Source of the DNA: a virus
Taxonomy: Duplodnaviria > Caudoviricetes
Strand: one strand, 5' to 3'
Virus record (IMG/VR): IMGVR_UViG_3300014879_000004
Location: 1 to 30,631 of that record
DNA: 30,631 nt
Shown: positions 26,349 to 30,631 of the stretch, one piece after another
Numbering within the stretch: position 1 is the stretch's first letter
Layout of the letters: each line of letters opens with the position of its first letter
Position numbers and translations under genes: made by a program
The notes under the pieces: generated by a model
Seen by the model: the letters and a program-made list of their open reading frames with translations, nothing else
The model's database searches: none
What the model was told of the DNA's origin: nothing

Positions 26349-26620
26349 CCCGCCCAGGCGCCCTCGCCGCGTGCGTGGCGGCGGCGTGCGGCGGCGGCGT
26401 GACGCCGGCGGCGCTGGAGACCCGCCTGCAGGCGCTGCGCCAGGAGCTGTACGCCGGGCAGCAGGCCCTGGCGCTCCTGGAGCAACGCCGCGCGTCTCTC
26501 ACCGAGACCCTGCTGCGCATCAGCGGCGCCGTGCAGGTCTTAGAAGAACTGCTCGCCAGTCCGCAAGAGGAGGACGTATGCCAGACCCCATCCGCGGCGT
26601 CGCCTACGACTTTACCCTGA
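26345..26620 (+). CDS. Small coiled-coil protein (start may be GTG 26399)
   Basis: LETRLQALRQEL..LTETLLRISGAVQVLEELL heptads. Confidence 0.7.
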   Translation: MTRPGALAACVAAACGGGVTPAALETRLQALRQELYAGQQALALLEQRRASLTETLLRISGAVQVLEELLASPQEEDVCQTPSAASPTTLP

Positions 26621-28344
26621 CCCTGATCGACGCTGCCACCGGCGCCCTGCGCGCCAATCCGACGCTGGCAGCCGGCGACTTTCAGGTGAGCCAGGACCAC
26701 GGCGCTCTGGTGAACCTCGCCACCCTGCCGACCGTGGCACCGGCCGGCTCCGCCCTGGTGCGCGTGCAGCTCAGCGCCACGGAAATGACCGTGACGCAGC
26801 AGGTGGACGTCGTGGCGCATGATCCGGACGGGCAGTGGGATGACGTCACGGTGCAGATCCAGCCGACGCGGACACTGGGCACCGACTTCAAGACGCTGCT
26901 CTCTGCGGATGCGCAGACCGGCGTGGTGCTGCCGCGCGTCACCCTCGCCGACACCATCACGGCGTACACCGGCGACACCCCTCAGAGCGGTGACGCCTAC
27001 GCCCGGCTCGGGACCCCCGCCGGCGCCAGCGTCAGCGCCGACGTCGCCGCCGTGCATGCGGACACGGGGACACTCACGACGCGGCTGACAGCGGCCAGGG
27101 CGGCCTATCTCGACACCCTGAACGTGGGCGGTCCCGTCGCGAGCCGGGCCGACGTCGAGGCGCTGAACCAGTCCGCCAGTCGCCGCCTGGTCCTCACGAC
27201 CGTGCAGCAGTTCGAGCGGCCCGAGACCGGGAGCGTGCTGTATACCGTCGAGCTGCGCACCTATGACGGTGATGGGGCAGCGGTCAACGCCGACACACCG
27301 CCGACACTGACGGCGACCGGCTCACTCAGCGGGGATCTCTCCCTCGCACTCTTCCCGGTGGCGCAGCCGGCGCTGGGGGTCTCCCGCTGGATGTACACCG
27401 TATCGAGTGTGGCCACCCTGGAGCAGATACGCTTCGACGTCAGCGCGCTGCTGGGCGGGAGCACGTTTACTCTGTCGGCCTACGCCCAGGTCCTCGACGT
27501 CGTCTCTGCCACCTGGAGCACCACCGATGCGGCGCATCTGACGGCGGTCTTTAACAAGCTGCCCAGTAAAAACTATCTCGTCGGTACCGCCAATCCGGAC
27601 GGCGACGTGCAACTCGACGAGGCTACCGGCGCCGTGGCGCGCGTGACGCTCACCGACACGGTGACCACCTACACGGGCAATACCCCGCAGACCGGGGATG
27701 CCTTTGTCAGGCTCGGGGCGCCAGCAGGCGCGAGCGTCTCTGCGGATGTCGCCGGCGTGAAGACCGATACGAATGCCCTTCTTGCACGCCTGACGGCTCT
27801 CAGAGCTGGCTTTCTCGACAACCTGGGCATTGGTGACCTGGTGGCGTCGCAATCGACTGTGGACCAGGTAAAGGCCAAAACCGATGCCTTGCCGCCTGAC
27901 CCAGCAGATGCCTCAGTGCTTGCCGCGTCGTTCAGTGCCCTCAGTGCGGAGCTGGCGACGATTGCCGGGTATATCGACACAGAGGTGGCAGCGATCAAAG
28001 CCAAGACGGATAATCTGCCGCCGCAACCGGCCGCCGTCGGCTCGCCGATGACGCTGGCGGCAAACGCGGTGACGGCGGTGGCGCTGGCGGCGGCGGCGTG
28101 CGAGAAGATGGCCGACATCTTGGCGCGGCGCCACACCAGCGCCATCGAGGCGAGTCCCGACGGCGAGGCCTTAGCCATCAACTCACTCTATGGGCTCATG
28201 GCGATTGGCAGCGGACATCGCAGAGATACCACCTCGCATCAGGGCTCTCTCACGGTCTACCGGGTGAATGGCACCACGGAATTAGCCCAGATTCCTTTAG
28301 TCATGGATGACGCGGCTGAGCCCATCGTGTCAGCAGGGGGGTAA
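26578..28344 (+). CDS. Putative virion fibre/structural protein with internal ~70-aa repeat
   Basis: GAGGAGG RBS + ATG 26578; RVTL.DT.T.YTG.TPQ.GDA..RLG.PAGASVSADVA twice. Confidence 0.75.
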   Translation: MPDPIRGVAYDFTLTLIDAATGALRANPTLAAGDFQVSQDHGALVNLATLPTVAPAGSALVRVQLSATEMTVTQQVDVVAHDPDGQWDDVTVQIQPTRTLGTDFKTLLSADAQTGVVLPRVTLADTITAYTGDTPQSGDAYARLGTPAGASVSADVAAVHADTGTLTTRLTAARAAYLDTLNVGGPVASRADVEALNQSASRRLVLTTVQQFERPETGSVLYTVELRTYDGDGAAVNADTPPTLTATGSLSGDLSLALFPVAQPALGVSRWMYTVSSVATLEQIRFDVSALLGGSTFTLSAYAQVLDVVSATWSTTDAAHLTAVFNKLPSKNYLVGTANPDGDVQLDEATGAVARVTLTDTVTTYTGNTPQTGDAFVRLGAPAGASVSADVAGVKTDTNALLARLTALRAGFLDNLGIGDLVASQSTVDQVKAKTDALPPDPADASVLAASFSALSAELATIAGYIDTEVAAIKAKTDNLPPQPAAVGSPMTLAANAVTAVALAAAACEKMADILARRHTSAIEASPDGEALAINSLYGLMAIGSGHRRDTTSHQGSLTVYRVNGTTELAQIPLVMDDAAEPIVSAGG

Positions 28345-28345
28345 C

Positions 28346-28609
28346 ATGCCCGCTGGCGATCTGCGCAGCCAGGTCCTCGGCCTGGGGATCGGCGTCTTTC
28401 GCCTGGGCCGGGGCACCTACGCGTCGGTGCCGCGTCGCATCGCCATTTGCGGCATGATCGACGTCGTGCCCGTGATTGGCTGTGCCGCCGTGGAGGTCAC
28501 GCCAGCGGTGACGGGCGTGGTGGTATGCGGTCCACGTATCGGTGTCGGACAGGTCACGACGACGTGTCCGGCTCAGGAGGTCTGCGGATGTCCGGTTTAC
28601 TCTTCTTAG
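28346..28609 (+). CDS. Hypothetical Val/Cys-rich protein
   Basis: ATG 1 nt after the previous stop; operonic position. Confidence 0.55.
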   Translation: MPAGDLRSQVLGLGIGVFRLGRGTYASVPRRIAICGMIDVVPVIGCAAVEVTPAVTGVVVCGPRIGVGQVTTTCPAQEVCGCPVYSS

Positions 28610-28923
28610 ATAACGATAGCCTTCTCCGCGCGCGGCAGCTCTCGACCATTGATCAGACCGGCGCCGTCGTCTATCTCACCTCGGCAGCCACCGTGCAGTA
28701 CACGCTCACCGATAGCGCCGGCGTGGCGCTGGGTGGGGAGACCTGGCCGCAAGCACTGGCCTATGTGCCTGGCTCGCAGGGGTTCTTCCAGGGCGTCATC
28801 CGCGACACGGTCGTGCTGCCGCCGGCCGGCAGTACGGTGCTCGCGACGCTGACGGTGGACAACGGGGCGGATCAGCGCGGGACCCTCACCGGCCGGCTGA
28901 CCGTGCAGGAACGCACCTGGTGA
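28588..28923 (+). CDS. Ig-like (BppU N-terminal-like) structural protein
   Basis: AGGAGG RBS + ATG 28588; all-beta pattern ATVQYTLTD..G.F.G.I. Confidence 0.65.
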   Translation: MSGLLFLDNDSLLRARQLSTIDQTGAVVYLTSAATVQYTLTDSAGVALGGETWPQALAYVPGSQGFFQGVIRDTVVLPPAGSTVLATLTVDNGADQRGTLTGRLTVQERTW

Positions 28924-28934
28924 AGGAGTCCCCC

Positions 28935-29075
28935 ATGCTGACGGTCCAGATCCTCCTCGCGGTCGCAGCATGTGTCGTGACGATCGTCCACGCCATGGGC
29001 AAGTGCATGCTCTGGCCGGCTGTATGGCTCCTGGCAATCATTGCATTCCTGCGCGCTGTCCCGCTCGGCCGCTGA
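28935..29075 (+). CDS. 46-aa two-TM membrane protein, holin candidate (not in ORF track)
   Basis: AAGGAG RBS; MLTVQILLAVAACVVTIVHAMGKCMLWPAVWLLAIIAFLRAVPLGR. Confidence 0.7.
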   Translation: MLTVQILLAVAACVVTIVHAMGKCMLWPAVWLLAIIAFLRAVPLGR

Positions 29076-29078
29076 CTG

Positions 29079-29525
29079 ATGGTGTCCGTGGTGGTCAGCC
29101 TCGCCCTGCTCCTGGCCCTGCCGGTCTGGGCCCAGGAGCCGGCGGCGATTGGCCTGGTGAAGTCCACGTCGGGCGTCGTGACGCTCCTGCGGTCGCAGAC
29201 GTCCCAGCCGGCCACTCCTGGGATGGTGCTGCACGAGGGGGATAGTCTCATGACCGGCGACAAGGCGAGTAGTGTCGCGGTCACACTGGTCGATGACACC
29301 CGCCTGGCGCTTGGTCCCAGGAGTCGGCTGGTGCTGCGCCATTTTTCGTGGGATGCCACGAGGCAGACAGGCCAGATGCGCGCTGAGTTGCCGGCGGGCA
29401 CGCTCGCCGTGCAGTCAGGGCTGCTCGGGAAGCGCGAGCGTGGCAACAGCCTGGCCGTGACGACACCGAAAGCGACGGTGCGGGTGAGCGATGCGCAGGT
29501 GGGGATTCGCGCCGGAAAGGAGTGA
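29079..29525 (+). CDS. Secreted FecR-domain protein
   Basis: Signal peptide ending VWA-QE; IGLVK..G.V, GD.LMTG, DDTRLALGP.S, VTTPKATV motifs. Confidence 0.85.
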   Translation: MVSVVVSLALLLALPVWAQEPAAIGLVKSTSGVVTLLRSQTSQPATPGMVLHEGDSLMTGDKASSVAVTLVDDTRLALGPRSRLVLRHFSWDATRQTGQMRAELPAGTLAVQSGLLGKRERGNSLAVTTPKATVRVSDAQVGIRAGKE

Positions 29526-29526
29526 G

Positions 29527-30108
29527 ATGCGTCTGTCTGCCCTGGTGAGTCTGTGTCTCCTCCTCGCAGCGTGCGCCACTCCGGACCTCGTCACGCTGGT
29601 GCGCAGCCTGTCCGACACGCCGGCCGAGGTGACGGTCGAGAGCGCCAGCGAGACGCGCACCCTCCGCGAGCCGCTGCAGACCGCTGATCTGCGCGGCACG
29701 GGGGTGCAGCTCCGCAGCAGTACGCCGGCGGAGGTGCAGGCGGTCTTTGGGACGGTGCTCGAGGCGACGCCGGCGGCGTCACGCACCTATACCATTCTCT
29801 TTGCGACGGGCGCACAGGCCCTCCCGCTCGAGGCCGATAGTACGGTGACGGCGTTGCTGGAGGACGTCAAGGCGCACCAGATAGTCGAGGTGCAGATTAC
29901 CGGCCATACGGATCGCAAGGGCTCACTGGAAGCCAATGACCGTCTCTCGAAAGAACGGGCCGTCGCGGTACGGGAGGCGCTGCTGCTCCGGGGGCTGCGG
30001 GCCTCGCTCATTCGGGTCGTTGGGCGGGGGGAGCGGTCGCCGTTGGTGCCCACGGCGGACGAGGTGGCGGAACCGCGCAACCGACGCGTGGAGATCGTGG
30101 TGAGGTGA
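29527..30108 (+). CDS. OmpA-family (OmpA_C) lipoprotein
   Basis: Lipobox LLLAAC; ITGHTDRKGS..NDRLSKERA..V; NRRVEI. Confidence 0.92.
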   Translation: MRLSALVSLCLLLAACATPDLVTLVRSLSDTPAEVTVESASETRTLREPLQTADLRGTGVQLRSSTPAEVQAVFGTVLEATPAASRTYTILFATGAQALPLEADSTVTALLEDVKAHQIVEVQITGHTDRKGSLEANDRLSKERAVAVREALLLRGLRASLIRVVGRGERSPLVPTADEVAEPRNRRVEIVVR

Positions 30109-30118
30109 AGGAGGCAGG

Positions 30119-30631
30119 GTGGCAGAGCCTTCAAAATGGTACCACTGGGCACTCCTCTACCCTGGCCTCATCCTGTCGCTGGGTGGCTCCGTCCCGACCG
30201 TCTGGAATGAAATCAAAGCCTGGCGCCTGGGCGTGCAGTCGCAGCAGGTGCAGCAGGTGCAGGAACAACAGCGGCTCTGGGAAAAGAACCTGCCGTGTCT
30301 GCGGCTCAAGCCCGTCTACGCGGTCACGCTCGCAGACGGCGTCGAGGTTGGCGTGACGCTGTGCGAGTCAGGCGATGCGCTGCTGAAATACCAGCGCGCC
30401 AAAGACGTGGTGAGCTTCACGTGGATACGCTATCCGGAGCATGGTCGCGCCTCCGAATCGCAGCACTCCGACGCCGGCGATGTGCTCACGCCGCAGACGA
30501 CGGTGGTCGTCGGCGGGACGCGCTGTGTGGTGCTCCAGGGCACGGTCGTGCTGTGGGTGCTGTACGACGACGACACGCAGGCGCACTGCCATGTGGACTA
30601 TGTGACCACCGTGCGCGGCGTGCTGCTGCGC
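30119..30631 (+). CDS. Membrane-anchored Cys-containing hypothetical protein, partial (not in ORF track)
   Basis: AAGGAGG RBS + GTG 30119; MAEPSKWYHWALLYPGLILSLGGSVPTVW...EQQRLWEKNLPC..VTLCESGD, open to the window end. Confidence 0.75.
   Translation, partial: MAEPSKWYHWALLYPGLILSLGGSVPTVWNEIKAWRLGVQSQQVQQVQEQQRLWEKNLPCLRLKPVYAVTLADGVEVGVTLCESGDALLKYQRAKDVVSFTWIRYPEHGRASESQHSDAGDVLTPQTTVVVGGTRCVVLQGTVVLWVLYDDDTQAHCHVDYVTTVRGVLLR

Larger units (their letters stand above)
1..30631 (+). mobile_element. Tailed phage/prophage packaging, head and tail module (siphovirus-like); neither end is in the window
   Basis: Canonical order terS-terL-portal-F-protease-decoration-MCP-connectors-tube-chaperones-TMP-Dit-hub-fibres; no sheath, integrase or att site seen. 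Confidence 0.97.

Noticed and set aside
30105-30356. Track ORF of 83 aa
   Set aside because: An alternative frame from GTG 30119 has a strong RBS, a TM segment and stays open to the window end
1-30631. CRISPR array
   Set aside because: No regularly spaced direct repeats with unique spacers; the repeats found are within coding sequence
28935-30631. Canonical endolysin and Rz/Rz1 spanin genes
   Set aside because: No muralytic catalytic motif seen; the lipoprotein has a full OmpA_C domain rather than a short Pro-rich o-spanin; lysis genes may lie outside the window

Overview
The window is the packaging, head and tail region of a GC-rich tailed phage or prophage, almost all on the + strand. It is probably a siphovirus: there is a tape measure gene, no sheath gene, and a G/GT-type -1 frameshift. 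The order is: small regulatory/accessory genes (1-1670; XRE HTH with operator-like repeats, truncated T5orf172-like remnant, RHH-like gene), terminase small and large subunits, portal, F-like minor head protein, prohead protease/scaffold, decoration protein, major capsid, connectors, tail terminator, two tail-tube-like genes, chaperones, tape measure, Dit, hub/Tal, two lectin-like paralogs, two S74-chaperone fibres and further structural genes. It ends with a holin-like gene followed unexpectedly by FecR-domain and OmpA-family lipoprotein genes. The OmpA lipoprotein suggests a diderm host. The most notable signals are: (1) an antisense moron in the tail operon with a three-way-junction RNA leader whose loop is complementary to its own Shine-Dalgarno; (2) a promoter plus attenuator-like leader and terminator inside the head operon; (3) repeated duplication of tail parts; (4) a FecR-OmpA envelope module at the lysis position. 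All family calls come from reading motifs by eye; no database search or folding program was run.
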